From: an uncultured bacterium
GTDB lineage: Bacteria; Patescibacteriota; Microgenomatia; UBA1400; PJMF01
Assembly (NCBI GenBank): GCA_903842795.1
Contig: CAIMNJ010000018.1
Location: 3,246-67,245, forward strand
Length of the DNA: 64,000 nt
Reading direction: 5' to 3'
Below the pieces are notes generated by a model. That model was not told where the DNA came from. It searched no databases and was given only the letters and a program-made list of their open reading frames with translations. The translations under genes and the position numbers were made by a program. Numbering within the stretch: the first letter of the stretch is position 1; each line of letters starts with the position of its first letter. Below are positions 1 to 9,150 of the stretch, in pieces.

Positions 1-88
1 ATTACACAATTAATTTTGATCAACAAAGTAGAGATTTCAACTTGATTAGTGACCAACTTGTCTCGATCAATTAGAATACAAACATAAT

Positions 89-1144
89 ATGGATCACGAA
101 GAACTAATTCAAAACTGCAAAAAACTTTTCACAGATGCGCAAATAGCACAAAAAAAATTGCAAATCGAAAACTTACAAAAAGAAAGTGAAAAAGAAAGTT
201 TTTGGCAACAAGAAGATGCTCGCGATAAAATGCAGCAACTCTCAAGCTTGCAAAAAGAAGTTAAAAATTTTGAAAATTTAGAAAAACTAAACGATGACTT
301 ACAAGCTGCCATCGAATTAAACCTAGCAGATGATGCCAGCAGCATTGCAAAAGTTTTGGAAAAACTTTTTAAAGAAGCTGAACTCAAGCAATATTTAAAT
401 GGCAAATATGATCGATCCAATGCCATCTTATCTATCCATCCCGGACAAGGTGGAACCGAAGCAATGGATTGGGCAGAAATGATGAAGAGAATGTACCAGC
501 GCTATTTCGAAAGAAAAGGCTGGAAATACAGATTTGTTGGAGAAATCAGAGGTGAAGACGCTGGTATCAAGGAAGCTGTCTTTGAAATTGAAGAAGAATA
601 TGCCTATGGTTACCTCAAAGGTGAACAGGGTACTCATCGTCTAGTACGTCAAAGTCCGTTTAATGCAGACAATTTAAGACAAACTTCTTTTGCTTTAGTA
701 GAAGTTTTACCAATTCTCGACCAACAAAATGACATAGAAATTAAAGATGTTGATTTGGAATGGAATTTTACTAGAGCTGGTGGAGCTGGCGGACAGTCAG
801 TTAATAAAACCAATTCTGCCGTAGAACTAACCCACATTCCAACCAATATTACCGTTAAGTGCAGAGAAGAACGCAGTCAAATTCAAAACAGAGAAAGAGC
901 AATGAAAATGCTCAAAGCAAAATTGGCCAAAATTGAAGAAGAAAGATTTGAGAATGAATTGCAAAAAGCCAAAGGCCAACATCAAAATGCTAGTTGGGGC
1001 ACTCAAATCCGCAATTATGTTTTGCATCCCTATCAACTAGTCAAAGATACCAGAACAGAAGTGGAAACTAGCCAAAGTGGTGAAGTTTTGGACGGCGATC
1101 TAGACCAATTTGTAATGAGTTTTATTCATTACAGAAAAAACTAA
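89..1144 (+). CDS. prfB: Peptide chain release factor 2
   Basis: GGTEAMDWA, HRLVRQSPF (SPF recognition motif), GGAGGQSVN and WGTQIRNYV motifs. One continuous ORF with no frameshift needed. Confidence 0.97.
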   Translation: MDHEELIQNCKKLFTDAQIAQKKLQIENLQKESEKESFWQQEDARDKMQQLSSLQKEVKNFENLEKLNDDLQAAIELNLADDASSIAKVLEKLFKEAELKQYLNGKYDRSNAILSIHPGQGGTEAMDWAEMMKRMYQRYFERKGWKYRFVGEIRGEDAGIKEAVFEIEEEYAYGYLKGEQGTHRLVRQSPFNADNLRQTSFALVEVLPILDQQNDIEIKDVDLEWNFTRAGGAGGQSVNKTNSAVELTHIPTNITVKCREERSQIQNRERAMKMLKAKLAKIEEERFENELQKAKGQHQNASWGTQIRNYVLHPYQLVKDTRTEVETSQSGEVLDGDLDQFVMSFIHYRKN

Positions 1145-1178
1145 CATTTTTGTCTCAATTGGTCTAAAATGAATAAAT

Positions 1179-1745
1179 ATGTACAAAATGCAATTGCAGG
1201 AAAATCAAGAACAACACAAAGAAACTTCTCAACCAACCAATGCTTACGATGAAAATCAAGTTGACGAAACAATGCAAATAGGGCAAAATCATGAACTTAT
1301 GAGCAAAAAAAATAAACAAATCTTTTTTATTATCTGCATAATCTCAGTCATTGCTGGAACCATTACCGGCTATGGCGCTTTTAAACTCAAAAATAAAAAG
1401 GCTGAACCAGTTGAAGTGCAAAACATCACAATCAATGCCAATCAAGTTAAAGATGGTGATGTTTTTGGCGTACAAGACAAAAGTACTTTTGCCGATAACG
1501 CAACTGGCTATCTAGAAAAAGGCGGTGTTGAAGGCGAAGGCTCACACAAACTACTGCGAGAAGGTGGTAAAACACAAACCGTAGCTCTCACCTCTTCAGT
1601 AGTTGATTTAGACAAACTAATTGGCATGCAGGTCAAGCTCTACGGCGAAACTCACAAGGCAGAAAAAGCTGGTTGGTTTATGGATGTTGGTAGAGTTGAA
1701 GTCATCAGCACAAAGGCAGAAGCTCCTATTCAAACTTTAGAATAA
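1179..1745 (+). CDS. Hypothetical single-pass membrane protein
   Basis: 188-aa ORF with one hydrophobic segment (IFFIICIISVIAGTITGYGAF) and a Gly-rich beta-like C-terminal domain. TAAAAT lies 8 nt upstream of the ATG. Confidence 0.8.
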   Translation: MYKMQLQENQEQHKETSQPTNAYDENQVDETMQIGQNHELMSKKNKQIFFIICIISVIAGTITGYGAFKLKNKKAEPVEVQNITINANQVKDGDVFGVQDKSTFADNATGYLEKGGVEGEGSHKLLREGGKTQTVALTSSVVDLDKLIGMQVKLYGETHKAEKAGWFMDVGRVEVISTKAEAPIQTLE

Positions 1746-1764
1746 ACATGCTTAAATAGACCTC

Positions 1765-2625
1765 GTGCCCATGATAATTTTTTCATCTGTAAGTAAGTAT
1801 TTTGCTGATGAACCAACAGCAATTGTTGATCTTAATTTAGAAATAAATGAGGGAGATTTGGTAGTTATAACTGGTGCCTCTGGAGCTGGTAAGACCACTC
1901 TTATGAAGCTACTTATCAAGGAATATTCTCCTACTAGCGGAGAGATTACCTTCGAAAATCGTCCTCTTAGTGAATTTAAAAAATCAGAAATTCCAAGCTT
2001 ACGTCGCCAGATTGGCGTTGTTTTCCAAGACTACAAACTCATAGAAGATATGAATGTTTGGGAAAATATCGCTCTACCCCTATATATTTGCAACAAAAAA
2101 GAAGAAGAGATAGAAAGCAGGGTAACTGACCTACTCAATTTAATTGGTCTAGCAGATAAAGCCATGTATTTCCCAAGGCAACTTTCCGGCGGAGAAGCTC
2201 AGCGCGTCAGCATTGCTCGAGCCCTTTCCACTGCTCCAAAAATCATTTTTGCTGATGAACCAACTGGCAACCTCGATAGTGCTGCCAGCATCAAAATCAC
2301 CAAGCTTCTCAAAAAAATTAATGAGCTTGGCACTACTATGCTTTTTGCTACTCATGATCAACTGGTTTTGGACGAGTTGGAAAAAGAAAGAATTGTTCAT
2401 TTAGAGAAAAAGGCAAAAAATCCTCCAAAAAATGATGAAGCTGACGAAGAAAGAGAAAAAGTCAAAGAAAAACAAGAAAAGTTGGCCAAAGAAATTGGCG
2501 AAAAAAACAACGAAACAGAAGAAAACAAAGAAGAAAAAAAATCAAAATTAGGTTTACACAAACTCAAAATAAAAATATCTAGCAAAAAAGAAAAAGAGGA
2601 AAAGAAAAAAGATGAAAGCACTTAA
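1765..2625 (+). CDS. ftsE: Cell division ABC ATPase FtsE with a long Lys/Glu-rich C-terminal tail
   Basis: Walker A GASGAGKT, IGVVFQDYKL, LSGGEAQRVSIARA, ADEPTGNLD. Overlaps ftsX. Confidence 0.92.
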   Translation: MPMIIFSSVSKYFADEPTAIVDLNLEINEGDLVVITGASGAGKTTLMKLLIKEYSPTSGEITFENRPLSEFKKSEIPSLRRQIGVVFQDYKLIEDMNVWENIALPLYICNKKEEEIESRVTDLLNLIGLADKAMYFPRQLSGGEAQRVSIARALSTAPKIIFADEPTGNLDSAASIKITKLLKKINELGTTMLFATHDQLVLDELEKERIVHLEKKAKNPPKNDEADEEREKVKEKQEKLAKEIGEKNNETEENKEEKKSKLGLHKLKIKISSKKEKEEKKKDEST

Positions 2626-3481
2626 TTCTGCCCTTGTAGCCATTCGTCGCTCTCCTTATCAAAGCATTTTGACTATTTTTATTTTGACTATTACTTTTTT
2701 TATTGCTTATTGTTTTTCAATGCTAAGCATTGGCAGTGAAAAAGTTTTGTCTTTTTTTGAAACTCAACCGCAAGTAATTGCTTTTCTCAAACTAGAATCC
2801 AAACCAGAAGATCTTGAATTGATCAGTAAGAAAATGCAAGAAAAAAGTTATGTTAGCGGTATCAAAATCGTTACCCAAAAAGAAGCATTGCAAATTTATC
2901 AAAAAGAAAATCAAGATGATCCTTTGCTTTTGGAACTAGTAACTGAAGAAATTCTTCCCTCTAGTATTGAAGTGGCTGCTGCTAATGCTCAAAGTTTGGA
3001 AGCAATTAGAAATGATCTAAAAACAGAACCAAGTGTTGAAGACGTAGTCTTACAAGAAGATGTTGTTGGAAACCTAATTCGCTGGACCGATGCGATGCGC
3101 CTCGTTGGTTTATTTTTGTTGATTACTCTCACAATTACCTCATTCATCATGATCATGACCACTATTTCCATGAAAGTATCAGCCAAAAGAAAAAACATAC
3201 AAATTATGAAATTTGTCGGAGCTAATAACAGCTACATTAGCAAACCATATTTGTTTGAAGCAATGATTACTAGTAGCGTTGCTAGTGTTTTAGCTTTTGC
3301 CATTTATTACGCCATGATGTTGTACATCACTCCATGGTTAAAAAACTTCTTAGTAGGAATCATTAGTTTCCCCATTGCTTGGCAATTTTTTGCCTATCAG
3401 TTTGCTGCCGGTTTTGGCGCAGCAATTTTCCTTGGAGTTGTGGCAAGTTACAGCGCTGTAGCGCGCATGCTAAAAAAATAA
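2612..3481 (+). CDS. ftsX: Cell division permease FtsX
   Basis: TM1, extracellular loop and three C-terminal TMs. IQIMKFVGA...PYLFE motif. Downstream of ftsE. Confidence 0.92.
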   Translation: MKALNSALVAIRRSPYQSILTIFILTITFFIAYCFSMLSIGSEKVLSFFETQPQVIAFLKLESKPEDLELISKKMQEKSYVSGIKIVTQKEALQIYQKENQDDPLLLELVTEEILPSSIEVAAANAQSLEAIRNDLKTEPSVEDVVLQEDVVGNLIRWTDAMRLVGLFLLITLTITSFIMIMTTISMKVSAKRKNIQIMKFVGANNSYISKPYLFEAMITSSVASVLAFAIYYAMMLYITPWLKNFLVGIISFPIAWQFFAYQFAAGFGAAIFLGVVASYSAVARMLKK

Positions 3482-3484
3482 GTA

Positions 3485-4702
3485 ATGAAAAAAATCACAC
3501 GCTTCTTGTTTACTTTATTAGCGTTGTTTTTGTTTTCGCCTGCAACAGTTAAAGCTCAAGACTGTGATCAGCAATATTCTTGTAACGAAAATGATCAGAA
3601 TTATTCAATTTGCTTAAGCAACCTCGCTAGCTGCTGGCAAGAAAAAATCAACTCCACTCGCTCAGCTGCCAACACTTTGCAATCAGCCATAGATATTATT
3701 AACGGCCAGATTAGGGTACAAAGCGTTAAAATTAGACAAACAGTAGCAGAAATCAATACCTTAGAAAGAGAAATTAACGATCTTTCTGGAAGAATTGAGG
3801 GACTTGCCATTTCTCTAGACAAACTGAGTGGTATTTTGATTAAAAGAATTAGAGAAAGTTACAAACAAAGTCGTTTGCCATATAAAAATAACTTATTTGC
3901 TGCAGATTCTTTCAACAATTTTATTAGTCAATACAGATACATAAACATTACTCAAACTCAAACTCTAGATCTAATGAAACGCACCGAGCTACAGCGTCTC
4001 ACTTACAACCAACAGAAAGAACTCAAAGAAACTAAACAAAAAGAAGTAGAACTAAAAAGGAAAGATTTACAGGATCAAAAAAATATTCTAGATTCACAAA
4101 AAGCTAGTAAGGATGAGTTGCTTAAACAAACAAAAAATAATGAGTCTATCTATCAGCAAAAATTAGCCGAAGCTACAGCAGAACTAAATTCACTCAAGGC
4201 TTTTTCTAGTAGTAAAGGTGGTTCTATATTGCCAGAGCAAAATAGTCCAGATGGTTGGTATTTTAGTCAAAGAGATCAAAGATGGGCTACCTATTTAATT
4301 GGCAACAGCAATATGACCATCATGGATGTTGGCTGCTTGGTAAGTAGCATTGCCATGATGAAGAAAAAATTTGGCGAAAACGTTAATCCAATCACCATAG
4401 CCAGTAACAACAGTTATTTCTTTTCTAACACTGCCTATATCTTAAGACCTTGGTCGGCACCAAGTGGCTATCACTATCAAATTTATCCATATTCACAAAG
4501 TAATCTTGATAGCAAACTCAATGAAAACCCTGTTATTGTTAAACTTTCTGCTGGCCCATATGGCACTCATTTTATTGTCATCAAAGAAAAAAAGGATGGA
4601 CAGTATATTATGCACGATCCATGGGAGGGGTATGATAAAAAATTTACAGACTTCTATTCGATTGGACAAATGAGAGAAATAGGAGCTTTGGTCAAAAATT
4701 AA
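3485..4702 (+). CDS. Secreted coiled-coil (PcsB/CwlO-like) protein with a C-terminal peptidase C39-like domain; probable FtsEX-activated cell-wall hydrolase
   Basis: Signal peptide and long heptad region, then FSQRDQRW...VGCLVSSIAM...THFIVI...HDPW (Gln/Cys/His/Asp papain-fold pattern). Third gene after ftsEX. Confidence 0.75.
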   Translation: MKKITRFLFTLLALFLFSPATVKAQDCDQQYSCNENDQNYSICLSNLASCWQEKINSTRSAANTLQSAIDIINGQIRVQSVKIRQTVAEINTLEREINDLSGRIEGLAISLDKLSGILIKRIRESYKQSRLPYKNNLFAADSFNNFISQYRYINITQTQTLDLMKRTELQRLTYNQQKELKETKQKEVELKRKDLQDQKNILDSQKASKDELLKQTKNNESIYQQKLAEATAELNSLKAFSSSKGGSILPEQNSPDGWYFSQRDQRWATYLIGNSNMTIMDVGCLVSSIAMMKKKFGENVNPITIASNNSYFFSNTAYILRPWSAPSGYHYQIYPYSQSNLDSKLNENPVIVKLSAGPYGTHFIVIKEKKDGQYIMHDPWEGYDKKFTDFYSIGQMREIGALVKN

Positions 4703-5571
4703 ATCAGCTCGCTATTTTCTTCTTTAGATAAGTCAGCTTTAGATTTTCTCATCACATAGATATCACAACGGTAATCATTTTCACCAACAAATTCAGCTTT
4801 GCCTTGGATGATCTGCTCAAATGGCTTACAAGCAAAGCAACCAGACTCACCATGAGGACATTTGAAACGCTCCAATTGACGAGCTAACTTAATTTCTTTG
4901 GCAATCTTAAGAACTCGCTCTCTAGCTTCTTCTAAATCTGGCAAAGTTTTTTCCACTATTTGATCCAAACCCAAATACCAATAGCTAGCTTTGCTTACTT
5001 GGCGATGTTGACAGTTGTGCACCAGCAAATGGTAAATTGGCAGCTGCAAAGAGCTTTCATTTTCCTGGCTTTTACTCGTCTTAAAATCAATAATATTGAC
5101 ACCATCAATATCTTTCAAATACTCAAGCCAATCAATTTTGCCACAAAGAATTAAGTTGTCCTCTTCAGAAAGCCAATAGCTTGGCAATTCGTCTTTGATT
5201 TTAACCGCTAAGCCAGTTAGAGGACCAGGATTAGCCATAACTTTATTAAGCATTTCTGCACCACGATTTTTGTATTGTTGCTCTGTTTCTTCATCAAAAA
5301 AACCACCTCTTTTTCCAGAAACAAGCTTCCAAGCTCGTTCATATTTAGCAATTAAAGACTCCTTAAAGCGCTCTGGTCCAGGCAAAACAGACAACGACTC
5401 TAAAACTGAATGAACAGCTTGACCAAGAGCTAATGGAGGAGACATTAATTGAATTTTGTGGCGAGTTTTAGGATCTTTATAAACGTTCTTGAGATAATAA
5501 GCTCTTGGACATTGTAAAAAATCACTAATCGAAGTGTGAGAAACCCAAACAGCTGTATATTTATCAGGCAT
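4699..5571 (-). CDS. PD-(D/E)XK nuclease, RecB/AddB/Cas4-like
   Basis: SHTSISDFLQCPRAYY, GQAVH, GKID...IIDFKT and QLPIY motifs, plus a C-terminal Cys cluster. Confidence 0.85.
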   Translation of the reverse strand: MPDKYTAVWVSHTSISDFLQCPRAYYLKNVYKDPKTRHKIQLMSPPLALGQAVHSVLESLSVLPGPERFKESLIAKYERAWKLVSGKRGGFFDEETEQQYKNRGAEMLNKVMANPGPLTGLAVKIKDELPSYWLSEEDNLILCGKIDWLEYLKDIDGVNIIDFKTSKSQENESSLQLPIYHLLVHNCQHRQVSKASYWYLGLDQIVEKTLPDLEEARERVLKIAKEIKLARQLERFKCPHGESGCFACKPFEQIIQGKAEFVGENDYRCDIYVMRKSKADLSKEENSELI

Positions 5572-5618
5572 GTTTACCCATTATAAAGAAAAATTTGCTA
5601 TAATCTAGTTTGTTATCT

Positions 5619-7322
5619 ATGTCAGATGTTAAAGCTCAAGTTGAACCAGAGGTATTAAAAGCAGAAGAAAAAAAACCAGTCGTTCTGAAAGAACTATCTT
5701 CTTATGCCAAAGAATACACCAAACAATACCAAATGGATTGGGAGTACAAACATAGAGCAATAATTTCCCCGCTCGAAGTTGACGAGCTAGCCTCAAAAAT
5801 CGCCGAAACCTACGAAAAGATCAGAAAAGTAATTGATTGGAAAGAAGAAAATTTATTGCGCCGAGGAGCTATTGAGCGTATTCTTAAGCGCCGTTTAATT
5901 TCTGAATTATATGGGATAAGCATTCTACCAGATTTAAATGCCGCTGAAATGGCTGAGCCAATGATTTTGGAACTAATGCGCAGTGGTTATTTTGACAATG
6001 GTAAAATTGCCAAAAAACAAATAAAAGAAATTGAAAATATCCTAGCAAAGTACATTCGCATTTTGGATAAAACCAATATGCCTGGAGCTCCAAGCAAAAA
6101 ACATGTCAAAAATAAAATGGAGTTCTACACTTGGATGCTAGAAATCGCTGCTTGTGAAATTGAAGAGGTTTTAGCACCAGCATTTAAAGAAAATGCCTTG
6201 CTCAACCTAATGACCAACATCATCTATGACCGCAATAGAATTTTGCCTAGCACAAAATTAAGCGACTTAGATCGCTTAATTCAAATTTATATCGCCAGTA
6301 TGCGCACCCTTTATGTATTTGACGATCCAATCATTTCATACAATGTAATCAAAATTAGATATCCATTTTGGATTGAAGAAACAGATGAAAGTATCAATAA
6401 AGTTACGGCTGAAGTTTTTGAAATTCGTCAACAAATTGATGACGACTTAAACAGTGAAGAAGGAAAACATTTTTTTAAATTAGCTGGAAAATACGATGCT
6501 GCTTATCGCATTATCGGTGACGTTTTAGACAGCATAAATAATACCCCAGAAGCAGTTAGGGGAAAAATTGCTGATACAGAAGAATTAAAAAAAATGGTCA
6601 GTGAAGCATATTTCAAAAGAAAAGCTAGCTTGAAAGGCCGTTTATTCCGCAGCGCCATTTATTCTACCTTATCAATTTTCGCCTCTGGAGCCGCTAGTTA
6701 CATTATCTTTGAAGGTCCAATTGCCAAAATGGCTGGAGAAAAATGGACAATTATGTCATTTTTCGTAGATATGTTAATTCCAAGTTTAGTAATGTTTATT
6801 TTAGTTATCATTATTAGACCACCAAAAGACGCCAATTTAAGAGTTGTACAAAAAGAAATAGAAAAAGTGATTTACAAGCAACCTAGTGAAGATGTTTATG
6901 AAGTCGATTTTCGTCGCAAGAAAAATAAAATTTTAAATTTTATTTTTATTGCTATCTCAATAATTTGTGGCGCACTCTCAATGAGATTTATTTTCTGGAT
7001 TTTCGAAATCGGCAATGTTCCAATTACTTCTGTTTATGTTGACACCGTTAATGTAGCAATGGTGGTTTTTGCTGCCATGGCCATCAAACAAAAGTCTAAG
7101 GAAATTACAATTGAAGACCGTGCGAATTTCGTGGAATTTGTACTAGAGCTTTTCTCTATTCCTCTTGCCAAAATCGGACAATGGTTTGCGGACAAATGGA
7201 AAAAGTATAATATATTCTCTGCTTTTTTTACCGCCATCGTAGATATGCCATTTTCAGTACTCATTCGCATTATTGAAGACTGGCGCAACTTCTTGAAAGA
7301 AAGAAGTTCAGAGATGCATTAA
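5619..7322 (+). CDS. Hypothetical protein with large helical N-terminal region and C-terminal transmembrane helices
   Basis: Long ORF. ATG at 5619 preferred over TTG at 5610. TGCTATAAT upstream. Four to five hydrophobic segments in the last 230 aa. Confidence 0.8.
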   Translation: MSDVKAQVEPEVLKAEEKKPVVLKELSSYAKEYTKQYQMDWEYKHRAIISPLEVDELASKIAETYEKIRKVIDWKEENLLRRGAIERILKRRLISELYGISILPDLNAAEMAEPMILELMRSGYFDNGKIAKKQIKEIENILAKYIRILDKTNMPGAPSKKHVKNKMEFYTWMLEIAACEIEEVLAPAFKENALLNLMTNIIYDRNRILPSTKLSDLDRLIQIYIASMRTLYVFDDPIISYNVIKIRYPFWIEETDESINKVTAEVFEIRQQIDDDLNSEEGKHFFKLAGKYDAAYRIIGDVLDSINNTPEAVRGKIADTEELKKMVSEAYFKRKASLKGRLFRSAIYSTLSIFASGAASYIIFEGPIAKMAGEKWTIMSFFVDMLIPSLVMFILVIIIRPPKDANLRVVQKEIEKVIYKQPSEDVYEVDFRRKKNKILNFIFIAISIICGALSMRFIFWIFEIGNVPITSVYVDTVNVAMVVFAAMAIKQKSKEITIEDRANFVEFVLELFSIPLAKIGQWFADKWKKYNIFSAFFTAIVDMPFSVLIRIIEDWRNFLKERSSEMH

Positions 7323-7354
7323 TTTCCTGATATAATTGGTTTGCATTTTTAAAA

Positions 7355-7440
7355 GGAGACATCGCATAGTGGCCAATTGCACAGGTTTGCTAAACCTGAC
7401 CCCAATTTGGGGTTCGTGGGTTCAAATCCCACTGTCTCCG
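7355..7440 (+). tRNA. tRNA-Ser(GCT)
   Basis: Acceptor GGAGACA/TGTCTCC, G73, anticodon arm CAGGT-TTGCTAA-ACCTG, long variable arm, T arm GTGGG-TTCAAAT-CCCAC. CCA not encoded. Extended -10 TGATATAAT at 7328-7336. Confidence 0.96.
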
Positions 7441-7445
7441 CAGCT

Positions 7446-8777
7446 ATGGCTAACAATGAAAAATTCTTAGTCGCTGGTGAACATTTTTATCAACCCCCTC
7501 GTCAAGCTTCTCATTCTCGTCTTGAACATCTCACAGAAAACCAAACAGATTGGAACACAATCATTGCTGAACAATGCTATATTCCTCAAATTGAGAATGG
7601 AACACTAGATTTAGCTTCTTTCGATTTTTTTTCTACTATTCGCCAAGAAATGAATGAAATCGCTCCAGAACAAGCAGAACTACTCAGAGCAGCAATGCGA
7701 GAAAGAGGTGTTGGAGATCCTTTTCTTCATGTCTTACTTCCAGATTTATCTAGAGAAGACAAAAAAATTTTAATCACAGCTGGTTTCAATAATTTTGCTA
7801 ATGATGTAGGTGTAAACCCACAATGGTTCTGGGCACCAGAAACAGCTCTCGACAATGAAACACTGGAAGTTTTGGTTGAAGTTGGCTATCAAGGAGTACT
7901 GTGTGCTCCAGAACAAATCTATGATACTGGCGGAGAAGCAGACAATCATCCAATTATCATAAATTTAGATAATGGTGAAAGCATCACTGCTCTCCCATTT
8001 GATCGCCCAATTTCTTCTAGCTTAGCTTTTGCTAATAAAGGCAATGCTGACGAATATACTCGCTCAATTATTATTCCAAAAATCATGCAGCTACCATCTT
8101 CTTTACCACTAATTTTCTGGACTGATGGAGAAACTTTTGGACACCATGATCGATTTGCCCATTTATTTTTGGATTATCTGCTCAAAACAAGCCTGCCAAG
8201 CAACGGTGTAGAAATAGCCAGTATCAATGATCTTCAAGACATTTGGCAAGAAACTGATTATCGCAGTGGCAAATTAAATCAACGCAGCGCTTGGAGTTGC
8301 CCACACGGAAACCTAGTGAGATGGCATGGCGCCTGTCCTTGTGATGAGGGTTTAGATGGCAATTGGAAAAGATATTTTTCTGAAGGTTTAAAGCATCTCA
8401 ATCAACAAATCACTGACATTTTGAATCAAAATTTAGATGATGGTTGGGAAGATGAGTTGGCAGAAAATTTTGTAGAACATTTTTATCATAAAGGATTTAG
8501 TAGCGACAAATCTATAGATATGGAAACATCATTGCTAGCTGCCAAGGCTTCAGCCCTGGCAGCACAAATCAGCTGCGGCACTTTTTTCAATAACCCAGGA
8601 ACATCTGGAAAAATTAATTTACTTTTTGCCAGACAAAGTTTAGAAAATTTAATTGATGCTGGTTATGAAAAGGAAGCAGAAGAAATAAAAGCAGAATTAC
8701 TGGCAACTTTAGCTAAAGGCATTGATCCGAGCAATGGAAAAAATTTGGCGGAGAGTTTGGCAGGAATTATTGACTAA
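7446..8777 (+). CDS. Glycoside hydrolase family 57 (DUF3536-type) protein
   Basis: EHFYQPPR, FWAPETA (nucleophile region), TDGETFGHH and SAWSCPHG motifs. Start moved to ATG 7446 because the track start at 7377 lies inside the tRNA. Confidence 0.85.
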   Translation: MANNEKFLVAGEHFYQPPRQASHSRLEHLTENQTDWNTIIAEQCYIPQIENGTLDLASFDFFSTIRQEMNEIAPEQAELLRAAMRERGVGDPFLHVLLPDLSREDKKILITAGFNNFANDVGVNPQWFWAPETALDNETLEVLVEVGYQGVLCAPEQIYDTGGEADNHPIIINLDNGESITALPFDRPISSSLAFANKGNADEYTRSIIIPKIMQLPSSLPLIFWTDGETFGHHDRFAHLFLDYLLKTSLPSNGVEIASINDLQDIWQETDYRSGKLNQRSAWSCPHGNLVRWHGACPCDEGLDGNWKRYFSEGLKHLNQQITDILNQNLDDGWEDELAENFVEHFYHKGFSSDKSIDMETSLLAAKASALAAQISCGTFFNNPGTSGKINLLFARQSLENLIDAGYEKEAEEIKAELLATLAKGIDPSNGKNLAESLAGIID

Positions 8778-8781
8778 AATT

Positions 8782-9150
8782 TTACAAATCTTTAGTCAAT
8801 TCAGCTACTTTAACTACCAGATCGCGCAAAGAAATATTTGATTTCACCACGTATTCATTAACACCCAATCTTCTAGCACTTTCCAAATCTTGTGGCTGAT
8901 CTAAGTTGCTGATGACAATCATTGGCACCGTTGAATGTTGATTAATTCTAATTTCTTCTATTACTTCCAAGCCACTTTTCTTTGGCAAAATTAAATCTAC
9001 CAATAATAAAATTGGTTGATCTTTTTTGAAAATTTTTATTGCTTCTTCACCATCGCCGGCAAGCAATGTTTCGTAACCACTAGCTTTTAGCTTAGCAACA
9101 ATGGTTTTTTGTAAACTAGGATCATCTTCAATAACGAGAATTTTTTTCAT
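8782..9150 (-). CDS. Stand-alone response regulator receiver
   Basis: ILVIEDD, LLVDLILP (phosphoacceptor Asp), ISN and YVVK. ATGA overlap with the upstream GT2. Confidence 0.93.
   Translation of the reverse strand: MKKILVIEDDPSLQKTIVAKLKASGYETLLAGDGEEAIKIFKKDQPILLLVDLILPKKSGLEVIEEIRINQHSTVPMIVISNLDQPQDLESARRLGVNEYVVKSNISLRDLVVKVAELTKDL

Noticed and set aside
89-300. Programmed +1 frameshift in prfB
   Set aside because: The ORF is continuous from ATG 89 and near full length, and I see no in-frame CTT-TGA site.
7377-7445. N-terminal extension of the GH57 ORF given in the track
   Set aside because: It lies inside tRNA-Ser(GCT). ATG 7446 fits the family N-terminus.
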